The notes beneath the pieces were generated by a model. That model did not search any database. It was not told the origin of the DNA and saw only the letters and a program-made list of their open reading frames with translations. A DNA stretch of 64,000 bases, from positions 733,150,001 through 733,214,000 of the forward strand of contig NW_027362762.1 in assembly GCF_046119375.1 (NCBI RefSeq), given 5' to 3'. The translations under genes and the position numbers were made by a program. Source of the DNA: Phyllobates terribilis (taxonomy: Eukaryota). This document shows positions 12,895 through 25,670 of the stretch, in pieces (position 1 is the stretch's first letter; each line of letters opens with the position of its first letter).

Positions 12895-15800
12895 TTACTC
12901 TGCTGTCATTTGGTGGTGATGAGAAGTCTGGCCAATCCAGCCCTTGTTCATTTTGATAAGGGTCAGCTTGTCAGCATTGTCAGTTAACAGGCGAGTGCGC
13001 TTATCAGTTATAATTCCCCCAGTGGCACTAAAAACACGCTCCGATAACACGCTAGCGGCAGGGCAGGCCAGGACCTCCAAGGCGTACAGAGCGAGTTCAT
13101 TCCAAGTGTCCAGCTTGGATACCCAATAATTAAAAGGCACAGAGGAATCACGGAGGACGCTGGTACGATCGGCAAGGTACTCCCTCACCATCTTTTGAAA
13201 CTTTCCACTCCTTGTGAGAGTACCCCGCGCCTCAGGGCCTGTAAGCTGGGCGGGTGTCAGAAAACTGTCCCAGAACGTTGACAGTGTTCCCCTGCCTCTG
13301 CTGGATTGGAGTTGCATCTCTCTCGCCTGTACGCCTTGGTTGGGCAACGAACTGTGACCTCTGCCGCTAGCGTGTTCAGATGGGAATTTTTTTAAGAGTT
13401 CTGCAGCAAGGGCCTTCTGGTATTGCCCCATTTTTGTAGACCTCTCCACCTCAGGAATAAGAGAGTGAAAGTTCTCCTTGTAGCGGGGGTCTACAAGTGT
13501 CACCAACCAGTAATGACTGTCACCCAACATTTTGACAACGCGAGGGTCAAGGTTAAGGCAGCGTAACATAAAGTCAGCCATGCGTGCCAGACTGGTAACG
13601 GGCAAGATTTCCGTGTCCTCACCAAGATGACGACTGACCATGCTCTCCTCCTCCTCCTCTTCCTCCTCCCCCCTGTCCTCAGGCCACCCACGCTGAACCG
13701 ACGGTATGACACTTGTACAGGTACTACCGTCTACAACGCATGATAGCAGCTCCTGTTCTTCCTCCTCCTCCTCCTCCTCTCCCTCATTGTCCCCCAATGC
13801 ACGTTGGGATGAGATGAGGCTGGGCTGTGTGTAATCGCCCGCTACGGCTTCTTGATCCATCTCATCATACTCTGGCTGCAATGCCTCCTCTTTAATTCTC
13901 TGCAGAGAGCGTTGCAAAAGACAGACAAGTGGGATGCTGACACTAATGATGGCGTCATCGCCACTCACCATCTTGGTGGCCTCCTCAAAGTTTGTCAGGA
14001 TGGTACATATGTCAGACATCCAGGTCCACTCCTGAGGTCTTATGTGTGGAGTCTGACCTGAATATCGACGGCCTTGTTGCAGCTGGTACTCCACAACTGC
14101 TCTCTTCTGCTCACAAATCCTTTGCAACATGTGGAGGGTAGAGTTCCAACGTATGGGGACATCACACACCAGTCGGTGTGCCGGAAGCTGCAAACGCTGC
14201 TGCAACACAGCAAGGGCGGAGGAAGCTGTAGCCAACTTGCGAAAATGAGCTGACAGGCGGCGTACTTTCACGAGCAGATCTCGCAACTCGGGGTACGATT
14301 TAAGAAACCGCTGAACCACGAGGTTAAGCGCATGAGCCAGGCATGGTACGTGTGTGATCTCACCTCGCCTCAGAGCCGCCACCAGGTTACGGCCATTGTC
14401 ACACACGACCATGCCGGGATGTAGGTTCAGCGGTCTCAGCCACAGATCTGCCTGCTCTTTCACAGCTGTCCACAACTCACAAGCAGTGTGAGGTTTATCA
14501 CCTAAGCTTATGAGTTTCAGCACAGCCTGTTGCCGCTTGGCGGAGGCAGTACTGCAATGCTTCTAGCTTGTAACTGATGTGGTGATATCTGAGATGGAGG
14601 CTGAACATGAGGAGGAGGAGGAGGAGGATGCGCAGGAGCTGTACACTGTGGGGGCAACTCTGACTGACATAGGGCCCTCAATCCTCGGTGTGGGGAGGAT
14701 GTGTTCCGTCCCAAGGTCCGACTGGGTCCCGGCTTCCACTATGTTTACCCAGTGTGCCGTCAGAGAGATGTACCGTCCCTGGCCACAAGCACTTGTCCAC
14801 GTGTCCGTTGTCAGGTGGACTCTCCCAGTAACTGCGTTGTTGAGGGCACGGCAGATGCTTTGGGACACGTGCTTGTGTAGTGCGGGTATGGCACACCGGG
14901 CAAAATAGTGTCGGCTGGGGACCGAGTACCGAGGGACGGCCACCGCCATAAGATTGCGGAAGGATACCGTCTCCACCAGCCTAAAAGGCAGCATTTCCAA
15001 TGCAAGCCGTCGTGAAATGTGCGAATTTAGGACTGTGGCCTGTGGGGCGTTAGCTGCGAATTTCCGCTTTCGTTCAAAGGTCTGGGATATGGACAATTGA
15101 ATGCTGCGGTGGGACGTGGACGTGGACGTTGATGCTGTTTCTTGAGAAACTGCCATAACAAGTGAAGACTAAGAGGAGGGGGCATCTTTACATGCAGTAT
15201 GGACAGGGGATTGCCTTGCACACACAACAGGGGGTTCTATTGCACGCACAACAGTGGAAGAAGCTGTGGTGACACCCGCTGACACTGGTCGTGGACCTTG
15301 GGTTTCGCCCCACAATGTCGGGTGCTTTGCTGCCATGTGCCTGATCATGCTGGTGGTGGTCAGGCTGGTAGTTTTGTCACCCCTGCTGATGCTGGCATGG
15401 CAGGTGGAACATATGGCCTTTTTGGGGTTATCAGCAGAGTCTTTAAAAAAATTCCAGACTCTGGAAGACCTACCGCTTGTACTGGCAACGTCCCTCGTGT
15501 TGGTGTTATGGGGAACGGTTGCCTGCCTTCTGTCTGCGGCCACCACACTGCTTCTTCCTGCCTGTTGGGGTACTCTGCCTCCCTCCCCCTGTGTACTGCT
15601 GGCCTCACTCTGCATGTCCTCCTTCCACGTTGGGTCAGTTACTAGATCATCCACCACCTCCTCCTCTTCCACTTGCGCACCACGATCCTCCTCCTCACTT
15701 CCTGGCAATTGTGTCTAGTCATCGTCCACCTCTTGTGACAGATTGCCAACATCGACTTCCTGTGGCCGTGGCTGTTCAAATATTTGGGCATCGCAACATG

Positions 15801-16251
15801 GGATCTCCTCTTCCACCACTTCAAGCGTATCAGGCGAGGGGCCCAAATATGGAAATGGACCAGTGAACAGCTCTTCAGAGTGTCCAAGTCTGGGATCACT
15901 TGCTGTCTGACGACACTCAGCATGGTGGGAGGAAGGAGCATCAGGGTGAGGAGGAGTATGCGGTCGAGACTCACGGCTACTAAGAGTTGACCGTGTAGAA
16001 GACAGACCGGAGGTGGTGGTGCCCAGGTAACTGGAAGTATTGTCTGCTATCCAATTAATAACCTGTTCATACTGATCAGTTCTCAATACTGGTGTTGTTC
16101 TGTGCTTCCCTAGTAATTCGGTCAAGAAGTGGGAGCGAGAAGATGTGGCTGTTGGTTGTGGCACATTTTCACCTTGGCCACGGCCCCGTCCTCTGCACGA
16201 ACCATCACCAGAACGTCCACTTCCACGTCCCTTGCCACGTGCCTTGCCCAT
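12895..16251 (-). pseudogene. hAT transposase with BED zinc finger and C-terminal dimerization domain; one reading frame with 3 in-frame TAG stops
   Basis: ORFs 15715..16251, 15169..15708, 14563..15156 and 12895..14523 are all in the same frame. BED finger: VWNFF...AICSTC...MIRHMAAKH. Catalytic motifs: LTTDTWTS, VCDNGRN, CLAH, RWNST, ASVLSERVFS. Confidence 0.92.
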
Positions 16252-16299
16252 TGTAAATGAAGTAAAATAGCTTACACTTGCACTATCAATGGAAAAAGG

Positions 16300-17880
16300 G
16301 TAATATAGAGTAGATTAGAACCGTGGAAGAGGAAAACCACAGTTATTGTTTACTGGGGTATACCACACTTTTTTAAATAGAGATATTTGCGGCTGAACAG
16401 TGAGCGACACACTCAAACTGCATTTTTTTTTAGATACCAAAGGCCCAAAACTGGATAGTACAGCGATTTGACCCATGGAACTGCGAAACCAAACTGGGAT
16501 GTCGGGCCTACACAAGACTATTTTCAACAGATATATTTTTGTGTCACAACAGTCAGGAGACACTACTGTTTTTCTTTACGGAAATAACTACCAAAACCTG
16601 AATAATAGAGATTTTTTACCGTGGAACAGCAAAACCACAGTTATAATTTACTGGTGTATACCAGGCTTTTTAAAATATATATATATTTGCGGCTGAACAG
16701 TGAGCGACACACTCAAACTGTTTTTTTTAGATACAAATGGCCCAAAAGTGGATAATACAGAGGTTTGTACCGTGGAACTGCAAAACCACACTTGTATTTC
16801 TCGGGCCTACACCAGACTATTTTCAACAGATATATTTGTGTCTGAAAAATCAGGGAGACACTATTTTTTTTTTTTTTTTTACAGCAAAAAATGCAAAAAG
16901 CAAGATAATAGAGATTTTTTACCGTGGAACAGCAAAAGCACACTTCTGTCTCTCTGGCCTACACCAGAATATTTTCAACAGATATATTTGTGTCTGAAAA
17001 ATCAGGGAGACACTATTTTTTTTTTTTTTTTACAGCAAAAAATGCAAAAAGCAGGATAATAGAGATTTTTTACCGTGGAACAGCAAAAGCACACTTCTGT
17101 CTCTCTGGCCTACACCAGACTATTTTCAACAGATATATTTGTGTCTGAAAAATCAGGGAGACACTATTATTATTTTTATACAGCAAAAAATGCCAAAAAC
17201 AGGATAATAGAGATGTTTTACCGTGGAACATCAAAACCACAGTAATAATTTACTGGTGTATACCAGGCTTTTTAAAATATATATATATTTGCGGCTGAAC
17301 AGTGAGCGACACACTCAAACTGTTTTTTTTAGATACAAATGGCCCAAAAGTGGATAATACAGAGGTTTGTACCGTGGAACTGCAAAACCACACTTGTATT
17401 TCTCGGGCCTACACCAGACTATTTTCAACAGATATATTTGTGTCTGAAAAATCAGGGAGACACTATTTTTTTTTTTTTACAGCAAAAAATGCAAAAAGCA
17501 GGATAATAGAGATTTTTTACCGTGGAACAGCAAAAGCACACTTCTGTCTCTCTGGCCTACACCAGACTATTTTCAACAGATATATTTGTGTCTGAAAAAT
17601 CAGGGAGACACTATTATTATTTTTATACAGCAAAATATGCCAAAAACAGGATAATAGAGATGTTTTACCGTGGAACATCAAAACCACAGTAATAATTTAC
17701 TGGTGTATACCAGGCTTTTTAAAATATATATATATTTGCGGCTGAACAGTGAGCGACACACTGATTTTTTTAGATACAAATGGCCCAAAGAACTGCAAAA
17801 CCACACTTCTATTTCTCTGGCCTACACCAGACTATTTTCAACAGATATATTTGTGTCTGAAAAATCAGAGGCACACTTTT
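16300..17880. repeat. Complex tandem repeat (~150-bp units within a ~600-bp higher-order duplication) upstream of the transposase (approximate)
   Basis: gatatatttgtgtctgaaaaatcagggagacactatttt recurs several times. ORFs with identical N-termini start at 16700 and 17302. Confidence 0.85.
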
Positions 17881-19329
17881 TTTTGGGGGGGGGGGGGCAC
17901 CCCGGGACCTGGAGCTAAGTCCAGCAATTTCAGCAACTGGAGCAGCACACAGGACTGTAATGCAGCGTTTGCTGGTATAACCACTGCGTCTCCTATACAG
18001 CCTGCCTGCCTGATATACCTGGGATGGATATTAGTCCTGAGAAGGACTGTTTGTTTGATCTGGCAGCCTTTACAGACCCTACACTAACTATTTTGCAGGA
18101 TATATCTCTCCCTAAATCAGCAGCGCTGTCCCTACACTGTCTGATCCGGAGCGACTGTGTCCAAGATGGCGGCGCCCGGTTTTAAATACTCGAGGTGACG
18201 CTGTGCGGCCAGCCAATCATTGTAATGCCCACAAACAACATGGCTGCGGCATTACAGTGACTGGCTGGCAATCCCTGCATGTTCATTGGCTCTGTAAAGA
18301 GCGCCAAACATGCAGGGCGGAGACCCGAGCTCCCGCCCGAGTAACCCGGAAATGCTCGGTGCTCGCCGAACATCCCGAGTAGCGTGATGCTCGGGCGAGT
18401 ACCGAGCAGTGTCGAGCATGTTCGCTCAACACTAATCTCAATGTAAAAAGATACCTAAATAGTTTCAATAAAAAGAAAAATTTTCAAAAACTCCCATACC
18501 GAAACTGATGTACTCCTTATTTAAGGAACCCCACAGTGCCTCAATTTTAAAGACTAGTAACTTATACAAACATTTTAATTCTGATATGTACATAGTGTAA
18601 GGCAGCACTAGTCATCATAATGGGGGATACTCGCTGCACCGGGTAAATTAAGCACACGTGCAATGTCCTTCCGGTATTTTACAATACAGCCGTTTATTAT
18701 TATCATAAACCGCAGTTCCCACAGTCCGTCTTTGTTTATCACCGGCATGTTTACACACTTAACATCCGGGAGTCTCTCAAGTAGCAGACAGGCCCAAGTG
18801 GCCCAAGTTACAGCCTTCAGCAAGGTAATACTATAGCAATGTCTATATAAGTGTCCATATAACAAAGTGTATTACCTTTGCCGGGTTTAGTTGCTGCAGT
18901 CCTTTTAATCCGCTACCACTGTGGCTTTAAGGCTTTCCCAGGTGGGGGTCTCTAGCCGTCGTCCCGTCTAAGGCTACTGGAATGTTTCACTCACACACAT
19001 CCAGTCTGCGCCTTTCCGGATTCTTCACTAAGCCGCTGCCTTCCAAGGCCACTGGCATCTACAAAAGATCCAGGCTCGACCTTTCAGGCTGCCAGACTTC
19101 ACGATATGACGGTGTCCCACACACACAGGGAACAGGCCTCACGCCCAACACACCGAACACACCTGTCTCCCATCAAGCAGGGTTTATATATGCATCCCGT
19201 GCACACACACACACATACTGACAGGACCTTGCTGATGTCACAGTCATGTGATCAGACTGACATTCTGTGCGTGCAGGACCTGTGCTATGTCACAGTCATG
19301 TGACCAGTCACCTGAGGGGGAAGGTACAT

Positions 19330-19650
19330 GGTCAGGTAAAACACATCCTGGACCATTACCGTAATGCCAGCAAGTCGCTGCATTACAATATAAAAAATTG
19401 GCAAAAAGATCTTGGGACAAGTTTTGAGCCCATTGTGTGGGAAAAAGCTTTAAGAATTACATACAAATCCAACAGGTATTACTCGACACGAGACACATTA
19501 CAAATTGCACACCCATTAGTACCTTAACTCCTTCAAGATGAAGAAAGATTTTTCCTTCTCAGTCACCGCTATGTTGGAGACATTCCTGTCATAATGGGAA
19601 TCTAAAGCACTTGGTGTGGAAATGTATCAAGATTTTTAACCTATCGAAAC
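19330..19650 (+). mobile_element. L1/Tx1-like LINE ORF2 3' fragment (approximate)
   Basis: Conceptual translation gives WQKDLG...VWEKAL, then W-YLTP-like and CWRHSCHNG segments, resembling the L1 ORF2 C-terminus. Frameshifted. Confidence 0.45.
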
Positions 19651-19660
19651 AGGTAGAGAC

Positions 19661-22075
19661 TAGTGATGAGCGAGCATGCTCGCCACTGCTCGGTACTCGC
19701 CCGAGCATCTCAGTACTCAAGATGCTCGGAGCTCGCCAAGTACTTTCAAGATGCTTGGGCGGGAGCTCGGGTCCCCGTCCTGCATGTTTGGCGCTATTTA
19801 GAGCACCAATCATGCAGGGGTTGTCTGCCACTCACTGTAATGTCACAGCTATGGTGGTTGTGACATTACAGTGATTGCCCAAATCGATGGGAACAGTGCT
19901 CACAGTGAAACATGAAAAGCCGGCAATTCATCAGCGACAATTTAGAACAGAAAGAATAGAACATCACACATAGATTAGATAGATAGAAACATGTCAGTCA
20001 CATATATAATAAGTTCAGTGACCGTGTTGGTTACTGTACTTGTTATTTAGTGTTAAAATAAAGGATTTATTAAAAAAAAAATAACAGTGTTTTCATGCAC
20101 CCGTCTCTTTAAAAAAGCCGGCCGGCAATTCTTCAGCGGCATACACCGGTACCTGACAATTTAGAACAGAAAGAATAGAGCTTCACACATAGATTAGATA
20201 GATAGAAACATGTCAGTCACATATATATGAAGTACAGTGACAATGTTGCTTACTGTACTTGTCATTTAGTGTAAAGGATTTATTAAAAAAAATAATAGTG
20301 TTTTCATGCACCGTCTCTTTAAAAAAGCCGGCCGGCAATTCAGCATCTGTACCCGACAATTTATAACAGACAGAATAGAGCTTCACACATAGATTAGATA
20401 GATAGAAACATGTCAGTCACATATATATGAAGTACAGTGATAGTGTTGGTTACTGTACTTGTCATTTAGTATTAAAATAAAGGATTTATTATTAAAAAAA
20501 ATTGGCGTGGGGTTCGCCTTAATTTTAGTCTCTAGCGGAGGTTAAGCAGACGGCTGGGGCAGATGTTTGAAGCCTGGGAAGGGGGTAATACCCACGGAGC
20601 TTCCCAGGCTACTAATATGAGCCCCCAGCTGAATACATAGCCTTTACTAGCTATTAAAATGGGGGACCCCCCCAAAAAAATGACGTGGGGTCCCCCCTAA
20701 TTTAATAGCTAGCAAAGGCTAGGCAGACAGCTGGGGGCTGATATTAATAGCCCAGGAAGGGTGCCATGAATATTGGCCCCCTCCCAGGCTAGAAACACCA
20801 GCCGTCAGCCGCCCCAGAAATGGCGCATCCATAGGATGCGCCAATTCTGGCACTTAGCCTCGCTCTTCCCACTGCCCTGTAGCGGTGGCAGTGGGGTAAT
20901 AGGGCTGGGGTTGATGTCAGCTTATAATGCCAGCTGACATCAAGCCCAGGTTAGTAATGGAGAGGCGTCTATAAGACACCCCCATTACTAACCCCATAGT
21001 CAAAGTTAAAAAAAACACAAACACCCAGAATAAAGTCCTTTAATTGAAATAAACACACAATTCTTTAATGTTCTAAATTAAACCATACTTACCATCACGC
21101 CCATTCCAGCTGAAGCCAATGTCTTCTACAATAAAAGTAAAATAATAAAGCAACCTCATCCTTACCTTTCCATGGTTCCCAGGACGGCTCCAGCTCTACT
21201 ACATTCACATGACAGGCTGGATCGCAGCCGAAAGCTGCCATCCAGCTTGCCATGCCGCAGACACTGAGAAGCGCAGGCATGCTTGCGCTCCTCAGTGTCT
21301 GGCTGTGACGGCATCCAGATGAGCCGATTTCATGTCCAATGAACTCAGCTCACCTCATGCACGTCACTGACAGCGTGGGAGAATTCTCCTGCGCATGCGG
21401 TGAGCATGAGAGAATTCTCCTGCGCATGCGGTGAGTGCAGGAGAATTCTCCCACGCTGTCAGTGACATGCATGAGGTGAGCTCATGTCCAATGAACTCAG
21501 CTCACCTCATGCACGTCATTAACAGCGTGGGAGAATTCTCCTGCGCTCAGCGCTTGAGCAGGAGAATTCTCCCACGCTGGGATGGCATTGAGATGACAGG
21601 CTGGATCGCACTGCGCTCTGCAGTGTCTATGAAGGATGGCATGCTGGATGGCAGCGCTCAGCTGCCTGTCATCTCAGTGGTTTAATTTAGAACATTAAAG
21701 AATTGTGTGTTTATTTCAATTAAAGGACTTTATTCTGGGTGTTTGTGTTTTTTTTTTACTTTGACTATGAGGTTAGTAATGGAGGTGTCTTGTAGACGCC
21801 TCTCCATTACTAACCTGGGCTTGATGTCAGCTGGCATTATAAGCTGACATCAACCCCAGCCCTATTACCCCACTGCCACCGCTACAGGGCAGTGGGAAGA
21901 GCGAGGCTAAGTGCTAGAATTGGCGCATCCTATGGATGCGCCATTTCTGGGGTGGCTGACGGCTGGTGTTTCTAGCCTGGGAGGGGGCCAATATTCATGG
22001 CACCCTTCCTGGGCTATTAAGATCAGCCCCCAGCTGTCTGCCTAGCCTTTGCTAGCTATTAAAATAGGGGGGAAC
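19661..22075. mobile_element. Non-autonomous hAT-ended fold-back element, copy A (left end retained; right boundary approximate)
   Basis: TAGTGATGAGCG terminus related to the hAT end at 18434, about 3 tandem ~180-230-bp units (19900-20530), and ~390-bp inverted arms at about 20700-21085 and 21680-22070 around nested hairpins. Confidence 0.7.
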
Positions 22076-23958
22076 TTGCAGGAACTTGGTCTGATCATAC
22101 CACATCTCCTGGGCAGGGAAGGAAGCAAAAGAGTATACAGACATTACAGCATCGGATAGCAGCTGATTCTTTTTGTGAGGCAAAACATGTCCCTGCCTGT
22201 TTTTACGCAAAGTTTTACCACAAAGAATCAGCTGTGATCCCCCTGCCCAGGAGATGTGGTATGATCAGACCATGTTCCTGCAAAGTCAGACACAGCCATT
22301 ACACAGTATACAGCAGGGGCACATTTATAAGATTATCTCAGCACATGAACATTTTATTTAAACACATAAATTCTGGAACTAATTATTATTCAAATATGTA
22401 TTGATTAAAATTAACTTTTTTCATGAGAAAACCCCCTTTAACTTTAGATGACAATTGACTCCTTTCCCTCCTTACCTTTCTTTCCACTTTGTTCCTTTAC
22501 CTCCCCCCTCCCCTGCCCTTTCCTTTTGTTATAAGTCAAATTATTTGCTTACTTTGTTATAACATCATACTATTATGGAAAACCTATTAAAAACTACTTG
22601 AGTAATACATCAAAAGTCACCAGTTTTTGCTCTTATTTTATTAATCATTGTTGTTGATTATTATTATTATTATTATTATTATTATTTGGCTAAACTGTTC
22701 CAGAGATGTGTGCCTATTGATTTAGTGCTACTTTATAAGATTTTTACAAGGGAATTATGCGGAGCTCATCCCCAGATAATTCTTTGGGCAAAGCTCCCTT
22801 GATAAGACCATAAAAATGAACACTAATACTCAAGGGAGCAGTCGCAATAAAATAAGAACAAAAGCCGGCCATTTTTGTCCTATTGACAGATTTTAAAAAA
22901 AAGTTGAAAAATCCAGATAATCTAAAGTTTGAAACAATCGTTGCAGCAATGACAAAAACAAAGTGCAACATCCACCAAAATACTTATTGGCCCCGAGTCA
23001 TCATTGCTGTTTCTCTAGTTTTCAGTAATAATTTGCTCCATGTTATTGACTTTAGTATATGCTCCTTATTCTCTATAAGATTTGCACCATTTTTTAAATT
23101 GTCTTGCTTTTTGAAGTGTATTTTTATTTTCCCTCGAAAACTTTGATTATCCAAATTTATGAAATGCAAATTTTACCAAATGTTACATTATTTAATACAT
23201 TTCACTCCAGTTTCTGCCTCTAGTAAGAGTTCCGGCAGGGTTATTAATTTGGTGCATTTTTAGACAAGTTGGTAAAGGATTTTTATTCTAAAAAGTCACA
23301 TAAAAAAACGCACAAAAATGAAGTGTATTTTTGATTTTGTGTCAAATTCATTAACTGTGTGCACCATTTTGAAGAATTTGGTGCAAAAAATGTCATTAAA
23401 TACCACAAGATAAAAAAAGAAGCTAAGTGGCTGCAATAATTAGCAAATGATGAATACTCTGTGACTAAGGGCACAACGAGCGCCAAAATGTTTTTATACT
23501 ATCAGCATGTGGGTTTTCATTTTATAATTTATATGGAATAAAGCTTGAAGATTTTATCTATTCGTGGATGTGCCGATCCAATTTGTCTATTCTAAGTATT
23601 TTCGGCATCGTAGCGACACCAACTATGATAAGAACAGGTTCATTTTGTCATCACGGTGAGCAACGTATCTGTTTTTTCGATGAATCGGAGTCATTGTGTG
23701 TGTTCAGAACTACAAAATGCATCTTAACGACTTTTACTTGTTCTGCATTTATTACCGGGAAACTTGTTCTGCATTTATGAGCAGTAGAAGGAACCAGTTA
23801 GAAGGGATTAGGAGGAAGGATTATCAAGTATATTCAGCTAAAAAGTAACCTGTAGCTGGACAATCCACTTTACAAGTCAGAGTGCAGAACCATTCTGATC
23901 CCTTATTTCACAGTGGGTTTTATTAAATGCATTAATGCTAAGCTCTGTCTCTGTTTAG

Positions 23959-24051
23959 GGCTCCACAGAGGAAGAGCAGCACATAGGAAAATCTGCATCG
24001 CTGATAGAAAGTCAACACCACCACCTGCTGCACTGCCTGGAAAAGACAACT
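23959..24051 (+). CDS. KCND3: KCND3 coding exon, 93 nt, phase 0/0: [31 protein letters not shown]
   Basis: tctgtttAG acceptor and GTAAGT donor. Contains the Kv4-family [14 protein letters not shown] motif and is in frame with the previous exon. Confidence 0.97.
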
Positions 24052-25389
24052 GTAAGTCCAACTGTGGCCAATAACGCCATGTGCGACGTGTGTCTCTCAG
24101 CATCTATACCTCCGTTTGTCACACAGATGAATTGGAATTCTTTTATTGTAACCAGTCCAATGCATGCAGCGAGTCTCTGTAGGTCTTCATATAGAGCAAC
24201 ACAGCACTATCCAATTTGACAATGCAGCTAGTTTGCAATCCATGAGGGCGTCTCCTATATACATCCTAATCATTCGTTCTTCTACCAGTTTTATGACAGG
24301 GTAATATAAATATTACGTCCAAGGTTACATGTTCTGTAGATATGACCTTCAAATATTCCAAGATGGAATAGTCTTGGATTGGCAGTTCTCATCTACAGAG
24401 TCTGCAACAGACTCAATTGCAGAGCAAACACTAAGTCCGAGTCAAAATCAATATGTGCAACTTCTCCTGTTAGTTTCACGGCACTTATTTTACACTAAGG
24501 CTGAATTTACCCATGTACAGACCACAGTGCTCAACCCTACAGCAGGACTCCTAACCCTAACTAACGGGCTCATATATGCCATTGAGGCAGTAAGTCCAGT
24601 CCGGACTTTGTGGCCCATATACGGACTCTGTAACACGGACATGTGAATAAAGCCAAAAAACGTGGCTTTTACGGGTCTTTTCATTAACAATTTTGCAGGT
24701 AAACAGCAGTTTTACCCACAAAATCTATAATAATCCATTTAAAAACCATACAGAACATAAGTTTTCCCAAAAGGAATCGCTGCTGTCTGGTGTACACTGC
24801 TCTTATGCAGACTTATGTGTCTCCGTGGTTACATAATACAAACTAAGTCTGTTTATTCACAAATTTTAATCAAATCTTAGCGTCTGAGAACATGGACTGA
24901 TCGGTGGCACTAAGCGCCTTTAAGCCTGTTTACATAGGCAGACCGCGGTAAACGATGTGGACTGAACAATCTCTGATTGATTGCTTAGTACACATAGGCT
25001 GCCATGGTTTACACAGGACTATGCACCGCCAAGAGCGATAATTTTTTGTGCTACGCAAGTCATTTCACCCAATGAATGTTTTGTTCGTTCATCGGGTGAT
25101 CAGCAGCCTGTTTATACTGAACTATTATCGTAAATCCAACTTTCTTAAGAATACTCGTTCACAATTATTTTATAGTGCAAATGCAGCCTCACTCTTCTGC
25201 TGTCTGTACGTTGTCAAGAAAAGTGGGCAGAATGAGTGGAATAACCACATGGTTGCAACATCTGACTACATAGAGGTTTTACTTATAGTCTGCAACTGTG
25301 GAGACACATAGATCTGCATACAGGCTGTATACACAAAGTGTTATCTACATTTGGCCCCACTTATTCAGCTGTTGGTGGGGCTGCAGTGG

Positions 25390-25670
25390 GTTGAGTAAAG
25401 AGCAAAGGAAATCCAGCTTCCGCGATCCAGTGAAAAAGGTTTTATTCAAAATTCCACGGAAAAAGAATACAACACAAGAGCAAATTATGAAATGCGTTTT
25501 GGATCACTTTGATCCTCCTTCATGGCATTCATTGTATAAAGAAGGATCATGAGTGATCCGAAACACGTTGCATATTTTGCTCTTTTGTCATGTTCTCTTT
25601 CCATGGAATTTTGAATAAAGCCTTCTTACTGGATCGCGGGAGCTGGATTTCCTTTGCGCTTTACTATTGC
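25390..25670. repeat. Inverted repeat pair (~120-bp arms), Penelope pLTR-like, with a degenerate hammerhead remnant
   Basis: agtaaagagcaaaggaaatccagcttccgcgatccagt is mirrored by actggatcgcgggagctggatttcctttgcgctttact. The interior has GGATC-atgagt-GATCC-GAAACACGTT. Confidence 0.65.

Larger units (their letters stand above)
8255..18434 (-). mobile_element. hAT-superfamily DNA transposon, ~10.2 kb including a nested solo LTR
   Basis: TIRs TAGTGTTGAG (8255) and CTCAACACTA (ending 18434). 8-bp flanks atctttat and atctcaat match at 6/8, consistent with a decayed TSD. Subterminal repeats and an internal transposase are present. Confidence 0.88.
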
